Shown here piece by piece: positions 1 through 9,891 of a stretch of DNA of 59,443 nucleotides. The notes beneath the pieces are model-generated. The model saw nothing but the letters and a program-made list of their open reading frames with translations. It ran no database searches and was not told where the DNA came from. This DNA comes from an uncultured Demequina sp. (GTDB lineage: Bacteria; Actinomycetota; Actinomycetes; Actinomycetales; Demequinaceae): contig NZ_CAJXJX010000001.1 of the NCBI RefSeq assembly GCF_913055775.1, positions 1-59,443 of the forward strand, read 5' to 3'. Numbering within the stretch: the first letter of the stretch is position 1; each line of letters begins with the position of its first letter. Position numbers and translations under genes: made by a program.

Positions 1-1816
1 AGTACGGCGTCGGCGCCCACGGGTGGTACAGCCGCGGCCAGAAGTTGGTGAGGTCCCACAGCACCCCCACGCCGCGGCGCGACTCCCGGTTCCCCGACGC
101 CGAGAACACGAAGTACAGGACCGACGCCGCGGGCACGAACAGCGCGAGCACCACCGCGCCCATCGTGAAGGCGGTCGCGGGCACGGACGGGTGATCGATC
201 CCCGCCGTGCCAGGGAGGTCGGTGTCGAGCCTCGCCCACGCGAGCAGGTCCACGCCGCCCTGGTCCACGAGCCACACCAGCGCCCCGACCGCAGCAATGC
301 CCACCGCCGCGATGGCCAGCGCGCCCCGCCTGCCGCGGCACACGCGCACCACCAGATAGGCCACGAACAGCCAGCCCACCGCGCCCAGCACCATCCGCGG
401 CTCGGTGAGAACGCTCGCCAGCCGCTCCGCCCAGGTCGCTCCCTCGAAGGCCAGGCGGAGGAGCTCGGCGAGCACCAGCACCAGCGCCGCGATGAGCAGC
501 CCTGTCCCGGCGCGGCGCAGATCGCCGGTGGCGCCGTTCACGGCGGCACGCAGACGGCGAGCGGCGTCCACCCCATGCTCGCCAGCGGGCGCGAGCGGCC
601 GGACCTCGCCCGCGATGCGCGCGGCCACCCACAGGGCGGCACAGGTCAGCACCACCGCGGAGTAGTCGATGAAACGGAACATGATCGCGGGCTCGGGGTC
701 CTCGAGGAAGGCCTGCGGGCTCCCCTCGGAGGCCAGTCCGAGCAAACCATAGGACAGCGCACCGAACGCCGAGTACGACATGAAGAAGCCCAGCGCCGCG
801 AAAGCCACCGAGTGCCCCGCCGATTCCCGCACGGGCATGCGCCGCTCCGCGAGCAGCGCCACGGCCAGCAGCACCGCAGCCGTGCCCGCGATCGTGAAGT
901 GAGCGACGGTGAGCGCCTCGGGCCGCACGGTCAGCGCGCCGTCGGGATCGCCGTGGGACTGGACGGGGAACACGCCGGCGCCGTCGAGCGCCAGGCCCGC
1001 TCCCACCATCACCAGCGCGGCGACGCCCGCGACGACGGCACGCCTGCCCTCGGGCGGCTCGACGTCCGGCCCCGACGTCCGCGTCTGGAGCGCCGCCGCC
1101 GTGCCGAGCGCGAGACCGACCATGGCGACAAGGATCCCGATCCCGGCCACGGGACCCAGCGGATCCGCCCCGGCGACGATCCCGCCCAGCAGCGCGACCG
1201 TGCTCAGCCCGATGCCCAGGTGCCCCGCGCTGAGGCCGTGCAGCGAGTGCGCCCTCCCGAACACGTCCTCGTGATCCTCGTGATCATCGGGGGCGCCGCC
1301 CACCTTCGACAACAGGTGCAGCCCCAGCGGCACGAGGGCCGCCAGCCCGACCGAGGTGACGGCGGCGAGAGTGGCGACCGGCGCATCGGCCGTCACCAGG
1401 CCCAGCACCGTCGCCGCCGCCTGCACCGCGATCGCGGATGCCAAGACGGTCGCCGCAACGGTCACGAGGCGCATCGCGACGCGACGCACCTGGTAGGCGC
1501 TCCCGCGCTGCGACGCACGCGAGGGTGAGGGCGTCATCCAGCCCGCGACGTTGATGAGCGCGAGCGGAGCGAGGAACAGCCACAGCGCGGTCACGCGGCT
1601 GCGGGAGGTGAGCCCTCCCCAGCTGAAGGCCTCCGCGATCCCGGCCTCCGCATCGGCCTGCCGTGCGCGGTAGAAGCCCGCGTTGGCGTCGCCCTCGACG
1701 CGCATGGGAAAGGCGCTGAGCAGGGCCTGCGGAGGCGTGCCCGACACCCCGTGCACGCGCACCTCGACCGTGCGTGGCGGGACGCGGACCTGGACCAGCT
1801 CCTCGACGGGCTCCAT
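1..1816 (-). CDS. Large actinobacterial integral membrane protein (3' end runs off the window)
   Basis: Hand translation of the minus frame, which is absent from the ORF track because it has no stop in the window. N-terminal VEVRVHGVSGTPP and, near the window edge, RRGVGVLWDLTNFWPRLYHPWAPTPY are motifs of a conserved actinobacterial multi-TM family. Alternative in-frame ATG at 1846. Confidence 0.75.
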   Translation of the reverse strand, partial: MEPVEELVQVRVPPRTVEVRVHGVSGTPPQALLSAFPMRVEGDANAGFYRARQADAEAGIAEAFSWGGLTSRSRVTALWLFLAPLALINVAGWMTPSPSRASQRGSAYQVRRVAMRLVTVAATVLASAIAVQAAATVLGLVTADAPVATLAAVTSVGLAALVPLGLHLLSKVGGAPDDHEDHEDVFGRAHSLHGLSAGHLGIGLSTVALLGGIVAGADPLGPVAGIGILVAMVGLALGTAAALQTRTSGPDVEPPEGRRAVVAGVAALVMVGAGLALDGAGVFPVQSHGDPDGALTVRPEALTVAHFTIAGTAAVLLAVALLAERRMPVRESAGHSVAFAALGFFMSYSAFGALSYGLLGLASEGSPQAFLEDPEPAIMFRFIDYSAVVLTCAALWVAARIAGEVRPLAPAGEHGVDAARRLRAAVNGATGDLRRAGTGLLIAALVLVLAELLRLAFEGATWAERLASVLTEPRMVLGAVGWLFVAYLVVRVCRGRRGALAIAAVGIAAVGALVWLVDQGGVDLLAWARLDTDLPGTAGIDHPSVPATAFTMGAVVLALFVPAASVLYFVFSASGNRESRRGVGVLWDLTNFWPRLYHPWAPTPY

Positions 1817-1920
1817 GGGCACGAAAGTACACGCGGGTGCCGACATGCCGTCGGGGAGCCGGCGCCGATGCGGCGAAGGGTCACCCTGCAAGGTTGCGCG
1901 GGGAGGGGCAGACTGAAGGC

Positions 1921-2520
1921 ATGGCGGAGTTGCTGCTGTTTCACCACGCGCATGGCCTCACCGAGGGGCTGTGCGCGCTGGCGGATCGGCTGCGGGCGGA
2001 TGGGCACGTGGTCCACTCGCCCGATGCCTATGCAGGCAGGACGTTCCGCAGCCTGGACGATGGGCTCGAGCACGCGGCCCGCATCGGCCACGACGCGATC
2101 CTCGAGGTCGCGGGCCGGGCGGCGCGGCTGCACCCCGGGGCCGACGTGGTCGTCGGGTTCGCGATGGGCGCGGGACCGGCGCAGTACCTGGCCCAGCATC
2201 TGCGGCGGGTGCGCGGGTGCGTGCTGATGGGCGGGGCGTCGCCGCCGGAGATGTACGGCTCGACGTGGCGGATGCACGTGCCGCTGCAGATCCACGTCGC
2301 CGATCCTGACGACTGGTGCCTGCCCGACGAGCTCCACGCCGTCGAGCGCGCCATCCCCCACGCCGAGGTCTACCGCTACCGCAACAAGCGGCACATGTTC
2401 GTGGACCCGGCGGTGCACGACTACGACGCCGATGCGGCCGATCAGTTCGAGGAGCGGCTCGACGATTGGCTGGCTCGGCTCGATGCGGGGCGCGCGGCGC
2501 CGGCTCGGGCGGCTATGTAG
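1921..2520 (+). CDS. Dienelactone hydrolase family protein
   Basis: MAELLLFHHAHGLT start, GFAMG nucleophile elbow, C-terminal HMFVD...YDADAA motif; ATG at 1921 within ORF 1774..2520. Confidence 0.8.
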   Translation: MAELLLFHHAHGLTEGLCALADRLRADGHVVHSPDAYAGRTFRSLDDGLEHAARIGHDAILEVAGRAARLHPGADVVVGFAMGAGPAQYLAQHLRRVRGCVLMGGASPPEMYGSTWRMHVPLQIHVADPDDWCLPDELHAVERAIPHAEVYRYRNKRHMFVDPAVHDYDADAADQFEERLDDWLARLDAGRAAPARAAM

Positions 2521-2543
2521 TCCTCGTCACGCGGCGGGCCTCG

Positions 2544-3488
2544 TCAGCCGTAGGACTCGCAGGCCCATCCGTCGCCGTCCCGGTCGAGGCGGTGGTAGTC
2601 GGTGCCGGTGATCTGCACCACCTGCTGGATGTCGCTGCAGTTCAGGTCGGGGCCGGGCTGGTTCCACGGTTCCGTCGCGGCGTCGGCGGTCGTCGAGCCG
2701 TCCGCCTCGGACTCCTCGGCTACCGCATCCTGCTGGGCTTCCGCGTCCTGCTCGGCTGCACCTGTCGCGCACACGTGCTCGGTGTTCTTCGAGATCGCGC
2801 GGTAGCGGTCCTGCTGGGGGTGGCGGTCGTAGCCGTCAAGGCTGTCGTACCGCGCGTTCGCGAGCCCGGCCTTGAGCACCGCGGTGCCCAGGTCCGTGCC
2901 GCCCACCGTGATGTATCGCAGCAGGCGGTCGTACTTGTCGACGTCGTCGACGCTGGCGGGGTTGACGAGCTCGACCTGCTTGTCCAGCACGAGGTCCGCG
3001 ACGAACGCCTTCGCTTCGCCGAAGCCGCACTCCCCGGTCTCGGGGGTGTCGTACCCGATCAGCCGGATCTTGCCGCCGTCGGAGGTGTAGACAGTGTCGC
3101 CGTCGACCACATGGGTGACGGTCACAGTCGCGGCGGGCTTCGCACCGCTGGTCGAGCCAGCCTGGGAGGCGCGGGCGTCGCCGTCGCCGGAGCTCTCGCT
3201 GGGCGCTTCGACATCCGTCTCGCTCTCGCCTGGCTCGCTGGGCGCCGATGCGGTTGCGGCGGGCTCCGACGGTTCCGTGTCGCTCGAGGAAGGATTGCTC
3301 CCGGGCGTGGGCTCGCCTGAGGGCTGGGCCGTGGGCTCGTCTGAGTGCTGGGCTGCGGCGGTGTCGGCGCCGGCCAGGTCCAGCGACGCCGCGTCGCCTC
3401 CCGACGGCACTGCGCACCCGGCGGCGACGATCGCGGTCGCCACGACCAGTGCTCCGGCCGCGATCGACCTCGGCATGCGGCCCCTCAT
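2544..3488 (-). CDS. Thermonuclease (SNase) family lipoprotein with C-terminal Excalibur-like Ca-binding motif
   Basis: Lipobox AAGC, low-complexity S/E/P linker, VVDGDT...IRLIGYDTPE and DKYDRLLRY SNase motifs, C-terminal DLNCSD...LDRDGDGWACE. Start may be 3476. Confidence 0.85.
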   Translation of the reverse strand: MRGRMPRSIAAGALVVATAIVAAGCAVPSGGDAASLDLAGADTAAAQHSDEPTAQPSGEPTPGSNPSSSDTEPSEPAATASAPSEPGESETDVEAPSESSGDGDARASQAGSTSGAKPAATVTVTHVVDGDTVYTSDGGKIRLIGYDTPETGECGFGEAKAFVADLVLDKQVELVNPASVDDVDKYDRLLRYITVGGTDLGTAVLKAGLANARYDSLDGYDRHPQQDRYRAISKNTEHVCATGAAEQDAEAQQDAVAEESEADGSTTADAATEPWNQPGPDLNCSDIQQVVQITGTDYHRLDRDGDGWACESYG

Positions 3489-3599
3489 CGCGTCACCTTG
3501 CCCCTCAGCTCGTTCGCGGTTGGGGACGACGCTACCGAGTCTGAGAATGACGGCGCGAGCGGGAGTGACGAAGTCCTCGCTGGCGGGGTCGAGCGCGAA

Positions 3600-4178
3600 C
3601 TACAGCGCTTCGGTGACGTCGGCGACTGCGGCGTCCAGCGCCTCGACCAGCTGCGCCGTGTCGACCGTGACCGCGACGCCGTGAGCGCCGCCGCCGATCG
3701 AGACAGGGCCCTCGCGAGACACGATGAGCCGGTCGGCGATGACGGGCCAGGGCTTGCCAGAAGGGCCCGGAAGCGAGCCGAAGGGGGTGATGGTCCCGCG
3801 CTCGTACCCCGTGACGTCCTTGGCGACGTCCTTGTCCGGCATCGACAGCCGGCTCACACCGAGGTGCTCCCGGAGCTTAGGCCACGAGATCTGCCGATCG
3901 CCGGGCACGAGCACGAACAGATAGTCACCCTCGGCTCGCCTCACCACCAGAGTCTTGAGGATCTGCCGGGGGTCGAGGCCCCGCGCCTCGGCGGCCTCCT
4001 CGAGCGACCGCACGGGACCGTGCGCCGTCACGTGGTGGTCGATGCCGGTCTCGGCGATCGCACGAATGGCGGGGGTATCGGGCGCGCGAGAATCGGGCGC
4101 GCGGGCGTCGGGAGCGGAGCTGCCGTGATCGGGGCCGCCGGGAGCAGGGTTATCCGACGCCGCGGAGTCAGTGGTCAT
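3600..4178 (-). CDS. YbaK/EbsC family aminoacyl-tRNA deacylase
   Basis: ILKTLVV, TGYERGTITPFG and IGGGAHG motifs of YbaK/ProX domains. Confidence 0.85.
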   Translation of the reverse strand: MTTDSAASDNPAPGGPDHGSSAPDARAPDSRAPDTPAIRAIAETGIDHHVTAHGPVRSLEEAAEARGLDPRQILKTLVVRRAEGDYLFVLVPGDRQISWPKLREHLGVSRLSMPDKDVAKDVTGYERGTITPFGSLPGPSGKPWPVIADRLIVSREGPVSIGGGAHGVAVTVDTAQLVEALDAAVADVTEAL

Positions 4179-4234
4179 GCCTACTCAACCCGCAACACCG
4201 CGCATCGCTTCCCGCTCTCGGCGCCGAGCCTCCG

Positions 4235-4621
4235 TCACCCGACCGGTCGGAGCGCATCCGGCGCGCCGGGCAACAGGCCCATCTGCACGGCCGTGGACTC
4301 TCCGCCCACGAGCACACCGCCGAAGTCGAGCTGGATGAGCGGCGCGACGTCGGTGGTGAACCACCCGGCGAATGCATCGGTCATGGTGGTGATCATGCCG
4401 GTCGCGACGAACATGTACGCCGCGATCAGCAGAGCGATGATCATCGCGCCACGCACGAGCGTGGACCACGCGAGGATGCCGACACGGGTCTGCGCGGCGT
4501 GCTGCGCGCGCAGTTCCGCATCGGTCTTGACAGGGCGCGCGGCGACCGCGGGCACGGGGACGCGAATGCGGTCCCGTACCGCTGGCCTGAGCGTCACCAC
4601 TGAGGGATGGGCGACTGTCAC
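4235..4621 (-). CDS. Hypothetical single-pass membrane protein
   Basis: GGAGG RBS upstream of GTG; one hydrophobic helix (GAMIIALLIAAYMFVATGMI). Confidence 0.6.
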   Translation of the reverse strand: MTVAHPSVVTLRPAVRDRIRVPVPAVAARPVKTDAELRAQHAAQTRVGILAWSTLVRGAMIIALLIAAYMFVATGMITTMTDAFAGWFTTDVAPLIQLDFGGVLVGGESTAVQMGLLPGAPDALRPVG

Positions 4622-4897
4622 GTTTCCTCCAGAGGGGCTGGTATCGGCGTGCCATCTACTTCCTTAACCGCCGCCCAGCTCGGCATCCCGCGCGGCGAGA
4701 AGCCGAACCGTTATGTACGGTTTGCGAAGTTGTCATCTGGCGGCCAGGACCCCTCGGGCGTCGCACGTGCGTCCCACGATCCGGGGTGCGGCCGCGGCCT
4801 CCGCGGCCGCGTCCGGACACGCGCGCGGCGCGTGCGAAGGGCCTACAACTCGGCTGGCGACGGTGGCGCTGACGACCGCGCGAGCTAGATTGGCGCC

Positions 4898-5131
4898 ATG
4901 ACCGACCCTGTCCTGGTCGCCGCTGACGGCGAGCCGCTGCTCCCCGCGAACTACGACGTCATGTGGACGATCATGATGGTCGCCTTCGCGGCAGGCATTG
5001 TCGTCACGCTCGTCGCGCTCGTGAAGGCCTACTTGCGCATGCGGGAGCGCGAGCGCGAGGAGAAGCGCCGCCGCGGTGACGACTCGGGCAACGGCGACTC
5101 AGGCGGCGCGGACATCCCTCCCGGCCGCTGA
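4898..5131 (+). CDS. Small membrane protein
   Basis: PLLPANYDVMWTI followed by a TM helix and charged tail; normal codon bias. Confidence 0.6.
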   Translation: MTDPVLVAADGEPLLPANYDVMWTIMMVAFAAGIVVTLVALVKAYLRMREREREEKRRRGDDSGNGDSGGADIPPGR

Positions 5132-5252
5132 CCCGGCACGGGGCCCAGCGTCAGACCGCAGCACCCGGCACCCCTTGCGCGGCCCGACGCAAGCGAGGAG
5201 CATGGATCGAGGTCCCCACCGCGCGCGCCAGCGCCCAGTTCCAGGGGGAACC

Positions 5253-5732
5253 ATGACCGCCATAGCCGAGGCAGCCGAGCGCTTCCTCTCGCACTCACGC
5301 ATCGCCGTCACCGGCGTGTCCCGCAATCCGGCCGGCCACGGCTCGAACTCGGTCTTCCAACGGCTGGGTGAGCGCGGCTACGACGCCGTGCCCATCAATC
5401 CGAACGCCGACGAGATCGGCGGCGTCACCGCCTACCCCGACCTGAAGTCAGTGCCGGGCGTGGTCGAGGCCGTCGTGATCGGCACCGCGCCGGATCGCGC
5501 GCTCGCCACCGTCAAGGAGGCGGTCGAACTCGGGATCGGCGAGGTGTGGATGCACCGCGCCTTCGATGACGGCAGCGTCGACGATGAGGCCGTCGCCTAC
5601 GGCCGCGAGCACGGGGTCACCGTCATCGACGGCGGGTGCCCGCTCATGTTCGGACCCACCGCAGACGGCTTCCACAAGCTCTTCATGTGCCCGTTCCTCA
5701 AGATGTCAGGCAAGGTGCCTCGGGAGGTCTAG
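5253..5732 (+). CDS. CoA-binding protein (CoA_binding_2 family)
   Basis: IAVTGVSRNP, YPDLKSVP, VWMH and VIDGGCPLMF motifs; AGGGGG RBS before ATG 5253. Confidence 0.85.
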   Translation: MTAIAEAAERFLSHSRIAVTGVSRNPAGHGSNSVFQRLGERGYDAVPINPNADEIGGVTAYPDLKSVPGVVEAVVIGTAPDRALATVKEAVELGIGEVWMHRAFDDGSVDDEAVAYGREHGVTVIDGGCPLMFGPTADGFHKLFMCPFLKMSGKVPREV

Positions 5733-6214
5733 AGGTAGGCGCCGTCCGCGTCGTCCGCGCCCCCGGGTCGGGAGAACCGGTCGCGGCCGATCGCGCGCAG
5801 CGTCGCGACCATCCACTCGCAGATCATCTCGTCGAAGTCGCCCTGCACACCGGAGAACGCGACGATCAGCCCGTCGCGGATGATCGCTCCCGGGTACTTG
5901 ATGTCGCCGGGCCGGTACAGGTGCGGGAAGTCCTGGCGCACGCGCGAACTATCCAGTCCGGTCCGGATCGTGACGGCGACCTTGCCCTCGACGTTGCGCA
6001 GGAACTCGGGGGCGGGCTCGCCCACGTGCGCCACGAACACGGGCGCCGCGGGGTCCGGCTCGGCAGGGTCGAGCACCATGATCGTGCCGCGCAGGCCGTT
6101 GGTCAGACCGGCGGCATGCGCCTTCTCGATCGCCGGCACCAGCACGTCCCACGCCTGCTCGCATGTCTCAGCGGTCACTCCCGGGAACACGGGTCCTCCT
6201 TGCAACTCCCTCAC
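5729..6214 (-). CDS. Hypothetical protein (weak resemblance to GlcG/HbpS fold)
   Basis: GTG start overlaps the DUF2130 stop (GTGA). C-terminal [23 protein letters not shown] loosely resembles the GlcG/HbpS GVSG..D end. Confidence 0.55.
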   Translation of the reverse strand: MRELQGGPVFPGVTAETCEQAWDVLVPAIEKAHAAGLTNGLRGTIMVLDPAEPDPAAPVFVAHVGEPAPEFLRNVEGKVAVTIRTGLDSSRVRQDFPHLYRPGDIKYPGAIIRDGLIVAFSGVQGDFDEMICEWMVATLRAIGRDRFSRPGGADDADGAYL

Positions 6215-7542
6215 TGCTCCCCCGACTCCAGCTCCGCGAACTTCGCGGCCATGGTGGGGTTGCCTCGCGTGAGCTTCTTGATAGTGAGGTCGTCGGCCTT
6301 GTCGTTGGCCAGGCGCAGGTTGTTGGCCGACTTGTGGAGCGCCTGCTTGGTCTTCTCGAGGTCCTTGATGGCCTCGTCGATGCGCTTGACGGCCTCCTCG
6401 AAGCCGTCCGACGCCAGCCGCCAGTTGCGCCCGAACTTGTCCTTGAACTCGTCGAGCTCGGCTTCGAAGTTGGTGATGTCGATGTTCTGCGCGCGCACCA
6501 GCGCCAGCTCCTGCCTGTACTTCAGCGAGTTGAGAGCGGCGTTGCGCAGCAGCGTGATGATCGGGATGAAGAACTGGGGTCGCACCACGTACATCTTCGG
6601 GTAGCGGTGCGAGACGTCGACGATCCCGCCGTTGTAGAGGTCGTTCTCCGGCTCCAGCAGGGTCACGAGCACCGCGTACTCGCAGCCCTTCTCGTTGCGG
6701 TCCTTGTCGAGCTCCTTGAAGAAGTCCTCGTTCTTGTGCTTGGTCGCGGTGGTGTCGGCCTCGTTCTTCATCTCGAACATGATCGAGACGATCTCGGTGC
6801 CGTGCTCGTCCGCCTCGCGGAAGATGTAGTCGCCCTTGGACCCGCTCGAGGCGTCGTTGTCCTTCTCGAAGTACGCGTTCTGGAAGCCCATGGGGCGCAT
6901 GCGGTTGAACTCGTACTCGCAGTGCTGCTCGAGAGACTCGCCGATCATCTTGGTCGACAGCCGGGCCTTCATGTCCTTGAGGCGCTCGATGGCATCGTCG
7001 CGATCCTTGATCTGAATCTCGCGCGACGCGATCTCGGCGGCGTGCTTCTCCTTCAGCGAGGACTCGGCGTGCGACTTCTCGAGCGCGGCCTTCTCGAGGT
7101 CGCTCTTCAACTGCTGGATCTCCGAGGCCTGAGCGGCCGCAGCCTTCTGGAGCTCGCTCGTGAGCTTCGCTTCGGCCAGCTCGGCGGCCGATGCGCTGGT
7201 CGCCTTCGCCTGCTCCACCTGGCTGGCGAGCGCGTCGCGCTCCTTCTCGACGGCCTGCAGCGCCTCGGCCACGGCGAGCTGGCGCGCGACCTCGCCGGCG
7301 TCGAGCTTGGCCTTCAGGTCCTGGATCTCGGACTCCTTGGCGGCAGCAGCCTTCTGCGCTTCGCTTGCCGCCTTCGCGACGGCCAGCTCAACCGCCGCCT
7401 CCTTGTCGGCGTCGGCGAGGTGCAGGCGCTTCTCGAGTTCGGCGTCGAACTCCCGGGTCCGGACCTGACTGACGATGTCGGCGTAGCCAGCCTCGTCAAC
7501 CGTGAACGCCTTGCCGCAATGCGGGCAGGTGATCTCATGCAT
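6211..7542 (-). CDS. DUF2130 domain protein (Zn knuckle, coiled coil, PD-(D/E)XK-like C-terminus)
   Basis: [13 protein letters not shown] start with GGAGG RBS, long coiled coil, [45 protein letters not shown]. Confidence 0.85.
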   Translation of the reverse strand: MHEITCPHCGKAFTVDEAGYADIVSQVRTREFDAELEKRLHLADADKEAAVELAVAKAASEAQKAAAAKESEIQDLKAKLDAGEVARQLAVAEALQAVEKERDALASQVEQAKATSASAAELAEAKLTSELQKAAAAQASEIQQLKSDLEKAALEKSHAESSLKEKHAAEIASREIQIKDRDDAIERLKDMKARLSTKMIGESLEQHCEYEFNRMRPMGFQNAYFEKDNDASSGSKGDYIFREADEHGTEIVSIMFEMKNEADTTATKHKNEDFFKELDKDRNEKGCEYAVLVTLLEPENDLYNGGIVDVSHRYPKMYVVRPQFFIPIITLLRNAALNSLKYRQELALVRAQNIDITNFEAELDEFKDKFGRNWRLASDGFEEAVKRIDEAIKDLEKTKQALHKSANNLRLANDKADDLTIKKLTRGNPTMAAKFAELESGEQ

Positions 7543-9253
7543 CGATGGGCCTCCTCGTTGCCTGCGAGTGTAGGTGCGCAGGCGCATCGGGGACGCGCAC
7601 CACCTGCCGCAACCAGCGTTCCAGCTCCGATTCCAGTGTTCGCTCGAACTCGCGCTCGATCGGGTCCGGCGGTGCTCGCCAGTCATCGACCTCCGCGGGC
7701 ACCGAGACCCACGGGTCCCCCGCAGCCATGGCGCAGTTGGCCGATGCGGCCTCAGCATCGAGCAGCACAGCTTCCTCCTCGCCGGGCACACCTGCCGGCG
7801 CGGAGCCAGGTTCAGGTTCGGGTTCGAGCGGCAAGGCATCGAACAGTCTTCGGCCCCCGGGCCGCCGCTTGCGGCGGGGGTCAACGCTCGCGGGCGGTGT
7901 GAACCACACCTCGGACGCGGTCGCCTCGATTCTCCACCCTTGGTTGTGGAGATCCTGGTGGCACCGAACACAGAGCAGGACCCCGTTGTCCAAGTCCGAC
8001 CGCCCGCCTTGGGACCAGTGGACGATGTGATGGGCGTCGCACCACGACGGCGGCGCCCCACACATCGCGCAGCCTCCGTCGCGCTCGACCAGCGCGATCC
8101 GCTGGGGCTGCGTGAAGCTGCGCTTCGCGCGCCCCTGGTCCAGGACCTGGGACGGTCCGCCCATGACCTCCGGGATCACTCCGGCCCGTGCCGCCGCCCG
8201 GCGCAGCGCTCCGGCGTCCAGCCCGGTCGCGAATCCGTCCACGCCCGCCCCGGCAAGCCCCTCGCGCAGCTCCTCGACGTTGGTGCGCACCACCACCGTC
8301 ACACCTGCACGCGGCAGCACGTCCACCTCGCAGCCGCCCACGTGGCGCGCGAAGTCGCCCATGGCATCGGCCCTCACCTGCTCGGGGGTGCGCTCATCCA
8401 GCACCACCGACTCCCCCGCCTTGGCGAGGTCCTGCATCCTCTTGCGCAGGCGAAAGTGCTGACCGACCATCGCGTCCATCGCCATCAGCAGCGGCGCACC
8501 GTTCTCGGGATCAAGGCGACCGTTGATGGTGATCATTCCGTCCGCAGCCTCGCCGATGCGCAGGAATCGACGCTCACGCCGCTCCCGCGCCAGCTCCTCG
8601 AGATGCTCCCGGTCCAGCCGCTCCTCGGTCCGCGTGATCAGAGCCGCGAGCTTGTTCAGCCGCAGGTACCGCGCCGACGACACCAGATCCTTCTCCGCCC
8701 ACGCCACCGCCGCCGCGTCACAGCGCTTCGCGACCCGCTTGAGCATCCGCGTGATCATGGTCGAGGCCTCGACACTGAGATCCCCCGCGTTCACGGCGGC
8801 GGCCACGGCCGAGAACACCGGCCCCGTCTCTGCAGGCTCCTGGTCACGAGGGGGCTCATCACCGCCACTCGCGCGCTCGGCATCCCGCAACGTCTCGCCC
8901 AGCTCGATCAGGCGCCCCGCCTCAGCCTCCGAGCCACCGGTCTGACCCGACACGAGACCCCGCTCATCTCCCTTGCCCTTCCGGCGAGCGAGTCCCTGCT
9001 GCTTGATCTTCGTGCGCGACCGCGCAGCCTGCTCCGCCGCGACGACGGCCATCATCCGGTCCGCGTCCTTGCGCACCGCGCCCAGCGCGGTCCCCAGTGC
9101 CACCAGGTCATCATCCGCAAGGCCGCTCACGCCGGCGTGCGTCATCTCACGCCGCTCCGCCAGCGCGGCCCGCACGCGACCATCCCAATCGCCGCCAGCA
9201 GGCACGCCAGCGTCGCTCCCCGGGGGAGCGAGCAGAGCGGGTGCCTCGGTCAT
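7535..9253 (-). CDS. DUF222 + HNH endonuclease (REP13E12-like element)
   Basis: GRLDPENG and RADAM DUF222 motifs; [45 protein letters not shown] motif. Confidence 0.9.
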   Translation of the reverse strand: MTEAPALLAPPGSDAGVPAGGDWDGRVRAALAERREMTHAGVSGLADDDLVALGTALGAVRKDADRMMAVVAAEQAARSRTKIKQQGLARRKGKGDERGLVSGQTGGSEAEAGRLIELGETLRDAERASGGDEPPRDQEPAETGPVFSAVAAAVNAGDLSVEASTMITRMLKRVAKRCDAAAVAWAEKDLVSSARYLRLNKLAALITRTEERLDREHLEELARERRERRFLRIGEAADGMITINGRLDPENGAPLLMAMDAMVGQHFRLRKRMQDLAKAGESVVLDERTPEQVRADAMGDFARHVGGCEVDVLPRAGVTVVVRTNVEELREGLAGAGVDGFATGLDAGALRRAAARAGVIPEVMGGPSQVLDQGRAKRSFTQPQRIALVERDGGCAMCGAPPSWCDAHHIVHWSQGGRSDLDNGVLLCVRCHQDLHNQGWRIEATASEVWFTPPASVDPRRKRRPGGRRLFDALPLEPEPEPGSAPAGVPGEEEAVLLDAEAASANCAMAAGDPWVSVPAEVDDWRAPPDPIEREFERTLESELERWLRQVVRVPDAPAHLHSQATRRPIDA

Positions 9254-9259
9254 GGATCC

Positions 9260-9281
9260 ATCACATCAGAGGGGTCTGACA
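9260..9281 (-). promoter_or_regulatory. PafBC/RecA-NDp-like promoter of the DUF222-HNH gene (probably leaderless)
   Basis: Minus strand reads TGTCAG-ACCCCTCTGA-TGTGAT-GGATCC-ATG; the mycobacterial consensus is TGTCGG-N10-TANNNT. Confidence 0.6.
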
Positions 9282-9320
9282 TCGGCGGCGACGAGGCACG
9301 GTTCTCCACAGGAGGAAGGC

Positions 9321-9797
9321 TCAGCCCACCTCACCGAACGGGTACCGCACCGCCGCGAAAGGCCACTCCCGCGCGAGCCAACCCGGCAGGAACTCCCGCA
9401 CCGTCTCCCCCAAGCCAGCCGGCGCATCGGCCGCCACCCAGAAGCTGACGTCGGCGGCTGGGCCAGCCACCGCATCGGCGCCTTCAGGCGGATCGATGTA
9501 CACGCACCCATAGAGCGCAGCTTCAGAAGCGGGCAGGATCGCGTAGTTGAAGGACTCGTGCGTCACCATCTCGCGCGCGTGGCGGTCGAGGTCCTCGCGG
9601 TCGGCCTCGGCGGTCATGGTCGCCGGCGGCCAGCCCCACGCGTCGCCGTACTTGGCCCACAGCATCGGCTGGTTGCCCATGACAGCCACCATGTCGATGT
9701 CGGTGTCGTCAGGGCTGATGGGGCGCAGATGGACGCCGTCCGCCAGCGGCACGTGGAGGGGATGAGCGAAGCTCTCCGGGAGCCAGTCGAGGGTCAC
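9321..9797 (-). CDS. GNAT/RimJ-like N-acetyltransferase
   Basis: HLRPI..D...DM.AVM, SFNYAI, GCVYIDP and VSFWV motifs of a conserved GNAT subfamily. Confidence 0.75.
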   Translation of the reverse strand: MTLDWLPESFAHPLHVPLADGVHLRPISPDDTDIDMVAVMGNQPMLWAKYGDAWGWPPATMTAEADREDLDRHAREMVTHESFNYAILPASEAALYGCVYIDPPEGADAVAGPAADVSFWVAADAPAGLGETVREFLPGWLAREWPFAAVRYPFGEVG

Positions 9798-9891
9798 GAG
9801 GCGAATCTAGCGCCGGCGCGCCACACGGTGCAGCGCAAGCACGCGTTGCAGCACGAGCACACGGCACAGGGCCGATGCGCGCAGGCGGCAC

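Noticed and set aside
23-1528. 501-aa plus-strand ORF, and similar long ORFs such as 6163..7902, 7574..9448, 42295..43728, 46939..48327 and 50993..52732
   Set aside because: Arg/His/Gly-rich antisense shadows of real opposite-strand genes, typical of ~70% GC DNA; no domain motifs.
7644-7659. Near-match to the actinobacterial LexA box (TCGAAC-TCGC-GCTCGA) about 100 nt upstream of DUF2130
   Set aside because: One mismatch, lies inside coding sequence (IEREFE codons) and no linked promoter was identified; likely chance.
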